Of a stretch of 64,000 bases of DNA, positions 1 to 11,800 are shown piece by piece. The notes below the pieces were generated by a model. The model was not told the origin of the DNA. It saw only the letters and a program-made list of their open reading frames with translations, and searched no databases. The stretch covers positions 62,001-126,000 of the forward strand of contig JAVKOQ020000026.1 of assembly GCA_031835245.2 (NCBI GenBank). Reading direction: 5' to 3'. A program made the translations under genes and the position numbers. Positions within the stretch are counted from its first letter, which is position 1, and each line of letters begins with the position of its first letter. This DNA is from Balamuthia mandrillaris (taxonomy: Eukaryota).

Positions 1-170
1 AAGAGTGACTTGGAGACTCGAAGTGGGCCGAGAAGCAAGAGAGCAAAGATGACCAAAAACCCAAGTGCTTTACTTCCGCCGCGGACGCTTTTGTGTTTGT
101 GAGTAACAAAGAAAGAAATAGCGTTATCTTAATCCAAGGGTGAACGCCTGGGAAAACTTTTTAACAAACA

Positions 171-880
171 ATGAAACGGTCGCTCCCCGTCTCACACGCC
201 CTGGCCGAAAAGAAGCTTCCCGTGGTGGTTCGCATCCAACGCAAGGACGGCAGGGTGGTGCAGGACTGCGACGTCTACATCGGCCGGGCCTGCTACCGGG
301 GCGGCTGGAGCCTGCCCCAAAGCAAGTGGTACAACCCGTTCACCGCCAAGAAGTGCGGCTCGGTGGGGGGCTGCGTGCAGCGGTTCGAGGAGTATGCCAG
401 GGCGTCCCCGGAGCTAATGGGGGCTTTGGGGGAGTTGGTGGGGAAACGGCTGGGCTGTTGGTGCAAAACCACACCCTCCAAACCTTGTCATGGTAGGTTT
501 AGGCTCTTTGTCCTTCTCCTATTGCCTTCTTCGTGTTTTTGGTTTGTTTTCCTTACTTTATTTTTTTAAAAAAAAAACCAGGAGACGTGCTTGTGAAACT
601 GGTGAGAGAAATGCTGGAGGAAGCAGAAGCACCCAACCAAAAGGAAGAAGAGCAGAAGCAGGAGGGAGAGAAAACGGAAGAAGGAGAAACCCCAAAGGCG
701 AAACAGGGGCCAACAACGAAAAAGAGAAAGGTACAAGAGCATGAAGGTGCAGAAGACAAGCAAGAGACGAAAGCCCCCGCCGCAACCATCCCCAGGGGAG
801 AGAAGCAAACGAAAAGAGAGGAAAAGGAGAAGGAAAGAAGGATGAAGAAAAGATTTCAAGGAAGCACCAAGATGGAATGA
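171..880 (+). CDS. DUF4326-family protein with charged tail; 2 exons (171-492, 582-880)
   Basis: Motifs DVYIGR, SKWYNPF, L.GKRLGCWC, PCHG|DVL are joined in frame by the GT-AG intron 493-581. Confidence 0.8.
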
Positions 881-1536
881 ACTGCTGTCAGGTGACTTTT
901 TGTTGTTCTGTATTGGTTGTATTGGGGGAGACGTATTGTATTGATGCCCCGACCCGACCCGAAGCGCGACAATGAGGGTGACATCAGCCGTACCTCCCCT
1001 TTTGGAGGGCGGAACATAGGAGAAACTCCAGCGGGATCAGTGCAACGAAAACGGGCAAATCACGTCCAATTTAACCCAAGAAAAAAAAAACTTGTCCCTT
1101 CCTTGGCTACTTTGTTTTTTTTTTTTCGTTGTCGTGAAAGAAAGCAAGCAAGCATAGCAAGGCCAGCGGTAGTGGCCTTACAGGAAAGCCTTTTTTTTTT
1201 TGCTTGCTTGGCTTCTTTTTGTGATTCGGGTTGTTGTTCTCTATCTCTCTCTATCGATCTTTTTTTTTTTTCAACAAACCCCCCGCGCTTTGGTTGAATG
1301 CATTTGTACGTCGCGAACAGCCAAAGGAATCCTTAGCATCCCTCCCCCTGCGACCTATCTCTCTTTCGTCTTTTCAACCCTCACTACCGAGAGAGAGGGA
1401 GAGAGATCCAGTGTTACTCTTCTTTTTTTTTCCCCTACCTCCGTTTCGAACAACAAAAAGTCCGTCAATCTTTTCTCGTACTACCTTTTTTTTTTCTTTG
1501 CCTTCTGCCTTCTTCCTTCTTCTTTCGATCGCCGCT

Positions 1537-1859
1537 ATGAAACATCTCCCAAGAAAGCGCAAAGAATGGAAGGTCCACGAACGCTTTGCTCTTGATCAAG
1601 AAGAGCTGCTCTTAGAAAGTACTCTTCTCTCTCTCTCTCTCTCTCTCTCTCGTTCATTTAAAAAAAAGGCTCACGTGAATCAAAAAAACGAAGCGTTTGC
1701 TTGTACTCTCGGATGGCACATTCCTTCTCGCCTAGGCAACATGTTTCTTTTGGAGCATCATCTTTGCTTCTACTCCAAGATTCTGCAAAACAAGACGCAG
1801 GTTCTCTCTCGTCTATCGCCTCTCTTTCATCTCTCCCATCGCATCTCTCTTTCTCTCTT

Positions 1860-1893
<34 letters not shown>

Positions 1894-3382
1894 CTCTGTC
1901 CGTCTCTCTCCTTTCTCTTTCTCATTGTTTTTGTATAAAAGCGAAAAGTACGGTTAGAGGACATCACCGAGATTAGAAAAGTGCACGGCGGCGTTCGTGG
2001 CGGAGCTACCGGTTGGTATGGTATTAGCATTTTTGTGAAGAAGCCCCAACCTTCCGGCCCACAAGAGGAGAAGGTTTGTTTTTGCCGCTGTACTTATCCT
2101 TCCTTCTTCCTTCTTGAGGTTATGTGCTTTGGGTCCTTGCGTTCTGACCGTTTCTTGTCTCATGGGTGCAGCTTACCTTCTGGTCGTTCAAGATTCCTAG
2201 AGACAGAGTCTATGATCTTCTTATGCTTCACTGGCAAAAGAAAATGAAAGAGCTAAACAGAGAGGGCCATACCCATCACCTTCATCACGACCACCACCAT
2301 GACGACTACGAAGAGGACCAAGAAATGGAGGATGAACAAGAGGGTGAAGAGGCCGAAGATGCAGACTACGAAGGCGACCAAGACGATGATGAAGATGATG
2401 AAGAAGGAGAAGAATCCACGCCTGGAAGCGCAAGCGATGCAGAGGCTATTGACATTGAAGACGTTCTCGACATGGAACCTGCTGAGTTAGCCTACCGACA
2501 CAACAATAACGAAGGAGATGGAGAAGAGTTGGAAGAGGAAGGAGAGGGAGAGGGAGCGGGAACAGCTCTCGAAATGGACGAAGACGAATTTTTAGACTTT
2601 CTGACGGGCACCACCAGGCTCTATACTCACCTCAAAAAAGGAGCGCAGCTGATGTACGCTCTCTCCGCTGCGGATGAGTGTTGGAGCGACCTCGAAGACG
2701 AGATACAAGCTTCCTCGAGCATGGACCCAACGGAAATGTTGGAAAGCAGTCAACATACTCAACCTTATAATCCTCAGAAGCAACAAGACCACAACAACTC
2801 GAACAAACGGTTTTCAGATTACTCTATTCCGACCATTCGGGAGGAGGTATTATCAGAGCCAGAGGCGGAGACAACTTCTGCCTCATTGACATTGACACCA
2901 ACGCAATCTGTCACTCGCCCTCGCAGTCGCAGCAGAGTTGCTCCCTGGAAGAAGCGGACCTCAGGTGACAAAGTTCCAACTTCCTCCTCAGCGACGACGC
3001 TTTCCTTGTTTTCTGGCTCGGGCAAGCATCACTCCTATTTGTCGGACTCTGGAGAACAACGAAACGGAGCCTCTTCCATGAAGCTCAAGTCCACGAAGAA
3101 TGACAAGCAGCAGAACGGTAACGACTCACTTGGTGTGCTCAAGCTGACTGTATTGGAAGGAAGAAAGTTTCCGAAGAACCTCAAAGGTATAGACATCTTT
3201 TGGACGTTGTTAACCTTTTCTTGTGCTTACCATTGCTTCCTGTGATGTTTGTCCTATTAGGTCCCGTAAGTCCATTCGTGGTGGTTGAGTTTGGCGATCT
3301 TCGCAAAGAGACCAAGCCTGTGCGGCGTAACCGTACGCCGAAATGGAACAAAACATTACACATGTACGCTTTTCATCTAGAT

Positions 3383-3413
<31 letters not shown>

Positions 3414-6400
3414 GTCTGTCCCCCCTTCACTCATCACATAAACACAATCAAGACCAGTGAAGCGCTCCCTGGTAGAAGAAAAAATTACCTTTTCGGTGTT
3501 TGACTACCAAACCACGGAACGAACGGAGAAAGTACCGTCTACACCACGAAAGAGAAATTGGAACAAGTTACGAGGCAAAGGTAGAACAGCCACTATAGGC
3601 CCAAGTGGGTCTCGCAAATCTAAGACAACAGACAACGTCGTAGTTCCTAGGAATAACAATCGCAATGGTAGCAAACCTCGTCTTTTATCGTTTGGAAGGA
3701 GCAGCAGTACGCGCGACTTATGGTCAAAAAAGAGAGCACACACACTCAACAATAGCACTCGTGGCAACAGCAGCGGAGGGGAAGAGAAGAACAATATTAA
3801 CCACAAAACAAAAACTAGAACGAGAGCAAGGTCAAAAACAAGAACCGAAGGCGACAAGGAAGATATCTTCTCCGAAAGAGAAAAGGAGAAGGAGAAAGAA
3901 ACAGAACCAGAAAAAGACAACGTAACAGAAAAAGAGCACAGCGAGTCTTCGATAGAATGGGAAATTGAAGAGCGGCCCACTGCGGAAAGTACTGCTAACA
4001 ACAACAACGATGCAGAAGCTCAAGACGCAATGTCTATCATTCCACAGTTGAGCATCACTCCTTGTCCATCAGTTGAAGAAAACGACGTCGCTCAACAAGA
4101 TTCCTCTTCTTCTTTCTCCTCCTTTCTTGATGTCCCTCCTGCTTCTCCTCCCGCTGAACAAGAAACACCAGCACCTTCCACCAACGAATCCACTTCTTCT
4201 CTTTCTCCTTCTTCCTCTACTTCTTCTTTAGCTTCAGTCGAACAAGAAACTATGCCAGCTTCAACGACTAATACGACGGCCAAAACGGAAGCGGTTTTGA
4301 TTGGCTGTAGAGCTATTTCCATCTCACAGTTTCTTGCTCGCAAGGAAGGACACACCTCTGAAGAGGGCAACGTCAAACACGATCTTTGGCTTAATCTGTC
4401 CATGCTAGATGCTAAGGTTGGCTATTCATTTGCTTTTTATATAATTTGGATTGCGCCTTTTTATTTACTTACAACATAATGATAGGGGTTTTACCTGGAA
4501 AACATGGAGTTTTGTCAGATACATGTTCAAACGGAGTTTATTCCAACGCCAGAGCTGCAAGTTTTGTTCTGGCGTGAATGTGCCAAGCTGTTCGACACGG
4601 GTGGAGAAGGGCGCATCAACTATTGGGGCATCATTCATTTGTTGGATGCTCTTGGCATCAAGCTTAATCGCGAAGAAGAACTTCAACAACTGGTACAAAT
4701 CACTCTTTTTGTTCTTTCTTCTGTTCGGTTCTATCTCCCTCTCCATATTTTATTGATAGTTCTTTTTTTCTTAAAGTTTCCATCAGAAACTGTCAGTAAC
4801 TCGGAGAGCTCGCTAAGCCCAGAGGAGCTCAGCGGCTTTATGAGTAAACGAGGTAATGCAAACGAAAAAACACCACTAGAAAACAAATTTCCAACCCCTA
4901 TGCTTTTTTTTCAATTTAGGGAGGATGTTTTATATGTCCAAATGTCCTAGCTGCGGCCTGAAGCTGACTGACTATGAGCGCGACGAAACCATCTTTCACG
5001 TCACCACTTGTTCGCTTCGCCATCCCTCTGCGTTCAAAAGAACACGTTCGTTTTTTTTCCCTTATGTCAGTAGTTCTGTGTTAACTAATTTTTTGTTATT
5101 TATGAAAATCAGTGGTTCAGGGTATGATTATTGCCAGAGCACCTTTGTTGGTGCCATTCAAAGCGGGAAGAAACGGCGTTATCAAAGTTAAAGTTATGAA
5201 ATCCAATCGTGCTGACAATCGTCGGCTCTTCGTGTTAGATAGAGAGGTACACTATTTCACATCTTTGTCTCTTATTTTATTTGGTATTTTTTACCCTAAT
5301 TGCCTTCCGTTAATGGCCAATAAACGAAACAACAGACAGGAAATCTGGTGGAGGAAAAGATTCCTCCCTACATAAAGCTCGCGTTACGAATGATCTACAA
5401 TACTCGAATGACCAACAAAGCCATCAATACAGCCAAAACAAGAGCCATTCTGCGCAATATGAGCATCAACCAAGGAAGAAAGTACGACAACCCAAAAAGC
5501 AAGAAGAGCATTCGATCGTTTGTGGAATACTTTGAAATAGATATGACGGATGTGTTGGAGCCAATCGACAACTTTGAGACCTTTAATCAGTTCTTTTACC
5601 GCAAGTTGAAACCAGGTACCAGAATGATTGCTTTCCCGGATGATCCCGTATGTAGCCTTTCTCTCCTTGTTCTCTCTCTCTCTCTCTGTTGTTGGAAATT
5701 AACTTCAATGCTCAGTATGTGGCGGTATCACCAGCCGATTGCCGAGCGACCGTCTTTCAAAGCATAGACGAGTCCACCAAGATTTGGATCAAAGGGTATA
5801 CTTTCTCTTCTGTTCTTCTTCTGCTTCTGCTTCTGCTTCTCCTTCTACTTCTCCTTCTCCTTCTCCTCCTTCTCCTTCTGCTTCTCCTTCTCCTTCTCCT
5901 TCTCCTTCTCCTTCTCCTTCTCCTTCTCCTTCTCCTTCTCCTTCTCCTTCTCCTTCTCCTTCTCCTTCTCCTTCGCTTTCTTTTTTGTCTTCGTCATCAT
6001 CTTCTTCTTTTGCTTACCAACGTTTCGTGCTACTTCAACAAACAGCAAACACTTTTCCCTCTCCACTCTGCTAAAAGATGAGAACCTAGTTGAGACCTTC
6101 ACAGGAGGGTCCATAGGTATCTTCCGCTTAGCCCCTCAGGACTATCATCGCTTCCACATCCCTGTGGATGGTCGCGTGGGTCGTTCCTGGTTCGTGGATG
6201 GCAGCTATTACACTGTTAATCCGGTTGCCATCAACAGGGCCAACATCAACGTATTTGGTGACAATAAGAGAGTCATCAGCGAGCTTTTCAGCGAACAGTT
6301 TGGAGAGGTTTGCTATGTTTCTGTTGGAGCTACGTTGGTTGGTTCCATCATATTAACCACCGAAGAGGGCCAAGAAGTTCACAAGTATGTGCCTGCTTCT

Positions 6401-6994
6401 TTCCTTTCTTGTTTCTTTCTTTCTTTCTTTCCTTTATCGATTACTTGTTCTCTTGTTTTATTGTTTGTGTGTTGTATTTTGTCTGACGGATGAATCAAAA
6501 AAACAACCAAACCAAGGGGAGACGAGCATGGATACTTTGCGTTTGGAGGCAGCACCATCATCCTGCTTTTTCAAAAGGGAACCATGGAATGGGACCCAGA
6601 ACTTATCGCCAACAGCCAGAAGCCCGTTGAGACGCTCATCAAAATGGGATCTTACATCGGGCGGCATCCTGATTCTCCTTCCTCTCCGCCATCCTCTTCT
6701 TTTGCGTCCTCTTCAAATGCGCCAGTTTCTTCTCCTGCTGCTTCTTCCTCTGCATCCAGCCCACAACGCCCTTCTTCTCCTCCTCCCGCTTCTTCTTCCA
6801 CTTCTTCTCCTTCTCCTTCCCGGGCGGCTGTTTCTAATGGCGGCATCGCACCTTCCGTTCGTTCACCTTCATCATCATCGCCTTCTTCTTCTTCTTCTTC
6901 TTTGTTATCATCTTCATCTCCGAATGTGGCTGCCGTCAACGGAGGACATTCCTTACCACCTCCTTCTTCCTCCTCTGCTTCCTCCCTGAGCTAG
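1537..6994 (+). CDS. PSD2: Type II phosphatidylserine decarboxylase (Psd2-like) with N-terminal GRAM, C2 and EF-hand-like regions; multi-exon
   Basis: GRAM-like FALDQEELL..FACTL..G.MFL..HLCFYSKI; C2 strands LGVLKLTVLEG, PFVVVEFG, TPKWN, ITFSVFDY; PSD motifs FFYRKLKPG, SPADCR, FRLAPQDYHRFHIP and the GYFAFGGSTII autocleavage site. Confidence 0.85.
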
Positions 6995-7516
6995 CTCCCC
7001 CTTTTTTTGTTTTTGTTTTTGTTTTTTTTTTTGTTTGGAGGGGTTAACTTGTTTAATTCCTGTCGACATGCATTCCTGCATTCCCAACATTCCTTCATGT
7101 TGACTAATGTCGACAGAAATAAAGTCGACACAAAATATATTTTGTTTAAGTCGACACAAAATACATATTCCAACGCCGAAAGAAAAAAAAACGAGGAAAA
7201 CTGGGTGGGAAGTGGAGAGGGGCGCCCCTGCGGTTGTATTTGTTTGTCGGCAGGGAGAAGGAGGACACCACTTTCTTTCTTTTTCCTTTCCCTTCGAAGA
7301 AAAACAAAACCCCCCTTCCCCCGCGCCAAGCTTTTTTTTCCCTTCCAGGTAAACAACTACGGCTTTTTTCTTTCCCTCTGCTCCCTTTTTCTTCTTCTAT
7401 AGGACAACAAACAACCAAGCAACAAACAGAGATCGAGAGAGCTCAGCAGTGGCTAATCTGCAATCGATTCTGCCCCCTTTTTTTTTGGTGTTTTAAAAAT
7501 ATAATAGCAACAGCAA

Positions 7517-8515
7517 ATGAATCTGGGGCCGGCACTCTCTCAGGTGGTGCATCAGAACCCGCACGCCTCGCTGGCGGTGCTCTTCCTCTCGGCCTTTGCC
7601 CTCTTTGCGTTGACTGGGGAGGAAAACATTCTGATCAAGGACAAACGGCGGTTCAAACAAAAGTCGCTCTTTGGCAAACTCTTCCTCTTCTTTGGCACGC
7701 ACGACTGTTATTCTTCTTCTCTGTTGGACGACTCTTCTTCGTCCCCAGAAGACCAAGGAAGACAGGAAAGGATCTCGTCTTCTTCTGCTGCCTCTTCTAC
7801 CTCCTCCTCTCTTGCTTCTTCTCAGGATGGCTCTTCCTCTTCTGCCACGGGTGCACGCGCTTATGCGGCGCTTGACTCGCGATTGCTATCTACGTTGTTG
7901 GCCGATGAGAACATGGAGGAGTCGACGCGACACTCTTTGGCCCTCCTCATAAAAGACCTGGAACACAACCTTCACGAGGAACGGCAGGCTCGCGACCGAC
8001 TGCAGGACACCCTGCGGGTTTGGCTCTCCTCTTTGTTCTTCTAGTCCTTTCTTCTCTCTCTCTCTCTCTAAACTACAAACGATAACCTATAACTTCAAAA
8101 AAAAAAAACATAGAAAGAAGAAGCCTTACGGTTAGAAGTGGAGCAGAACTTTGAGTTGGTACAACAAGAAATGGAAAATCAACGCAAACACCTGAACGAG
8201 CGGCTGCGTCGCGAAAAAGAGTTCTCCACAAAACTAGAAAAGATGCTTGACAGCAGAGACAGACGAGTGGAGGAGTTGGAGGCAAAGCTGAAAAAGAAAG
8301 AGACGGAGGTAAGAGACCTGAAGCTTCGCATTGATGAGATGGACAACGAAATGAACGAACTCAGCGCTCAATTGGAAGAAGAAGAGGAGAAAGAAGGAAG
8401 AACAAAGTTGAATCAACATAACAACACAAATGGATTGAGCATGCATCAACACGAGAACAACAGCAACAACAGTGAAGAAGAACCACCGAAAAAACGGATC
8501 TTTACGATTATATGA
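7517..8515 (+). CDS. Coiled-coil protein with N-terminal hydrophobic/TM segment; 2 exons
   Basis: ORFs 7517-8044 and 8138-8515 separated by a CT-rich intron (~8018-8112); hydrophobic LAVLFLSAFALFALT followed by heptad-rich E/K/L sequence. Confidence 0.6.
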
Positions 8516-8699
8516 GGATAAGAAGAGTCTTCATCTTCACGCATGATGTTGATTCCTTCTTATTCCACTTCAACAAACGAACCCCACTTGAATGTATAAC
8601 TCTTCCCATTGCCTTTTGCATTATAGTTTCTTGTTCTGCTTAGAGAGTACAGGAAGAAGGAGAGAGGGAGGAACAAGAGAGAAAACGAGAGGAGGGAGG

Positions 8700-8737
<38 letters not shown>

Positions 8738-8764
8738 TGCTCAATAGCGAAGGTCGGTGTTATG

Positions 8765-9865
8765 TTAACAGTTATCCACCAGGTCACATTTAACTACGCC
8801 AGGCTTTGCATACTCGCTGCCGCTGTCGGAGGAGGCCACAGAACGAATGACCTCTTTGTCAGCATAGTAGCCCCAGGAGCCCCAAAGCCCTCCCATTTCA
8901 TGGCCAGTTTGAATGATGATGCTTTGGTTGGCCTCCAACACAAAGTTGCCTTGTCCATCAAAAGCGTCTCTCCCTCCCAGTCGACTGCAATGAGGCGGAG
9001 GGTAGAAACCGGGCACGAAGGCGAAGGAGGAGTCTCTGGCTTCTTTCCAAGCGTCCAGGGCTTTATTCCATGCAGACCACTCCAAGGAAAGCGCGCTGCT
9101 AGCACTGTCCGCTAGCCATAAACAGTCTTGCAGCGACTTGAAACGTTCCAGTTGTTGCACTTCTTCTCCTTCGGTGATGCCGAGCCTTTGGAACTTTTTC
9201 TTTGGTCTTTCCTCCTTTGTTTCATTTGCTTCGTCATCTGGGTCCACAAAGAGTACCAAAGGTTCACGCCAGTCTTTGGCAAGGAATAGGAGAGTCCCTT
9301 TAGAAGGAAGCACCTGATAGGCCCCCATGCTCTTTTGCAGGCTCTCCTCCTCGCAGAACAGGCACGCTATCACCGTGTGGCTTTCCGCTAATTTGGCCAT
9401 CTCATCGGTAACAGTCTCGTGAGGACGCGCGCCGAGGTGACTACTCCTGCCGGTGACCAGGCCAGCTGGGGCGGTGGTGATGGCAGTGACCACATCGACC
9501 TGGGTTTGGAGTAGAGTTTCGTCGACATCAGCAGCGGAGGCAGAGCGAAGAGAAGACAGGAGGAGGTTGAAGTCGCGAATGATGGGCATCATTTTCTCCT
9601 TGAAGAAGGCCCATTGTTCGTCTGCGGGGATGCGAGCCTGAAGAAAACCCTTGGGAAAGAAGAGGTAGTCACGCTCCGCACGGAGAGCGATCGCCTGTTG
9701 GACGCTAGGAACCTGCAGAGCGGCGGCCCATTCCTTGTTGACCAAACAGACTGGGGCGTATTCTCTCCAGGAGAGCGAGCGAAAGACCAGGGAAAGAACC
9801 TCCGAGGGGAGAAGAAGCGTGGAGGAGGAAGAGGATGACTTGGCGCGCTTGGTTTCTCTTTCCAT
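8765..9865 (-). CDS. F-box protein, intronless, unknown C-terminal domain
   Basis: LLPSEVLSLVFRSLSWREYAPVCLVNKEW F-box motif shortly after ATG at 9865. Confidence 0.8.
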   Translation of the reverse strand: MERETKRAKSSSSSSTLLLPSEVLSLVFRSLSWREYAPVCLVNKEWAAALQVPSVQQAIALRAERDYLFFPKGFLQARIPADEQWAFFKEKMMPIIRDFNLLLSSLRSASAADVDETLLQTQVDVVTAITTAPAGLVTGRSSHLGARPHETVTDEMAKLAESHTVIACLFCEEESLQKSMGAYQVLPSKGTLLFLAKDWREPLVLFVDPDDEANETKEERPKKKFQRLGITEGEEVQQLERFKSLQDCLWLADSASSALSLEWSAWNKALDAWKEARDSSFAFVPGFYPPPHCSRLGGRDAFDGQGNFVLEANQSIIIQTGHEMGGLWGSWGYYADKEVIRSVASSDSGSEYAKPGVVKCDLVDNC

Positions 9866-10376
9866 TCCTGCTAGCAATGTTTGCCCGCGTGTTCTCTCCC
9901 GTCACACTCTCTTTTTTTAAACCAAAAGATTTCCGGTTTGTTATAATAATGAACTAATATAGCGATTTTATTTCCTGGAAAATTGTTGTTTCTATTCGTC
10001 GAATGGCAAACGAACGAAAAGCAGAAGGCCCTCGATTCAGCGGACCAGGCCTCACTCTTTGTGCTTGCAACAAGGCCTAACCTTAAAAATACATCCCTCT
10101 GTTGTCTTCCTTTCTCTTTCTTCCCCCTCCATGTTCCTCTTCCTGCGTTACAAACATAGACTTTGCCTGATGCTATATTATTGTTTCTCGATCGAATCGT
10201 GCAAAGAACGTTTTGGAGACGAAGAACGGTCCGGTGGTGGAAGAATAAGCTGGTGGTGGACTTTGAAAAGGAATATCTTTCCACCACTTGTCGGATGATG
10301 AAGATGAAAACTGAGAGGAAGAGCTGGATGCGAAGGAGGAAAAAGAACCAACAAATAACAAAAACAAAGCGACAAC

Positions 10377-10429
<53 letters not shown>

Positions 10430-10700
10430 GAGGAAGAGGAAGAGGAAGAGGAAGAGGAAGAGGAAGAGGAAGAGGAAGAGGAAGAGGAAGCAGAAGAAGA
10501 AAAGAGAAACGGAGAAGAGAGGGAAGAGGAGAACGACAAACATAAAAAGACAAGAAGAAAGAGTTATAGCACATTTTACAAACTACAAAAATGATACATC
10601 AGCAGCAACAAAGCGAAAGGATGAACGAAGAATGAAGACCGGAGATGATGATTGTAGCTCCTCCTTAGCGAAGCATCCGGCCGATGCTTCAAGGCCCACC

Positions 10701-11423
10701 TCAACAAAGAAGGCATTTGCCGCCCTTGCTGTCCGCTCCGTCCTCTCCCTCCCGCCTGTTCGTCTTCTTCCTAAAGTCATCCAGGTGCGTCAGGATATCA
10801 AAGTAATAGAGGATGAACTCCTCCCGGTCAAACGTGTGGAAGGTGTTCAGGTTATAGTCCAAGAGGCGCATGAGGATGTACTCCTCGGGGATGCCCATGA
10901 CGAACCCCAGGCGGGCGAAGCGCTCAAAGTTGATGCGCGTGGTGATGGAGTGGCAGAGGATCTCAAAGACCTGACGGCCGTGCAGGTAGAGGAATTGGGT
11001 GGCCTGCCCAAACTCCCGGGCGGACAGCATGCTGAGAATGAGGAAGAACTCCTCAAAGGCGATGCTCCCGTTTTGGTGTTTGTCTGTGTTAGTCGTCAAT
11101 TGGCGTTAGCTTTGGGTCTTGTTGAGGGAATAAAAAAAAAAGGGCAAGACGAACGAACCAAAGATATCAAGGATCTCCAAGATCTCGTAGTCGTTGAAGT
11201 CGGTGAGCTTCCGCAAGAAGTTGATGAACTGGTTCTCGTTCATGGCGATGCGAGCGCCGTGGTCCTCCTCCTCGGCGTGGCATTTGCCCCGAAACCACGT
11301 CCGCGCGTTATCGAAGCCCTCCTCCGTGTAGAGCACCTCGAAGGGGGTCTTGGAGGAAGGAAAGCTGCCTCCCTCCGAGGTCTTGCAGAGGATCTCCCCC
11401 AACAGCTCCAAGTTCACTTTCAT
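10701..11423 (-). CDS. EF-hand protein, EFCAB9-like, with CaaX-like C-terminus; 2 exons (11423-11159, 11083-10701)
   Basis: Splicing restores the EF loop D-KHQNGSIAFEEF; NENQFINFLRKLTDF and QFLYLHGRQVFEIL resemble EFCAB9; ends KCLLC*. Confidence 0.7.
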
Positions 11424-11800
11424 CTCTTTCTTTCTTTTCTTTTTTTTATTCACCTTCTTGACCACAAAACGTTCACAATGCGTGATCCCTTTGACCACCT
11501 TTCCTGCTCTTTTAAAAAATAAGGCGCGCCCAACGAGAATCGAACCCGAGGACAAAATGGATCGAAAATAAAAAAAAAGTGTGGTGTACATTGGGAATCG
11601 AACCAGCGTTTTGTCGACAAAAATAATAGACGTGGAAGAAGAAAAGAAAAGAAAAGAAAAGCAACGATTTTGACTCCCAAGTCATCGTCGGTGAGTTCCG
11701 TAGCCTAGTCTTTTTGGGTTTCTTTCCTTCTTTTCTTTTTCTTCTTCGTCTTTCCCCCCCCCCCCTTTTTTTTTTAAAAAAAAAGAAGAGGGGGATCCGC

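Noticed and set aside
921..1080. Assignment to U4, RNase MRP, 5S rRNA or a TPP riboswitch
   Set aside because: Only scattered motif fragments, in the wrong order or lacking required elements.
10163..10594. RE/E-rich ORF
   Set aside because: (AG)n and (GAGGAA)n repeats in intergenic/UTR DNA with no domain evidence.
11524..11610. tRNA genes
   Set aside because: Only T-arm/B-box-like halves; no D-arm, anticodon arm or acceptor pairing.
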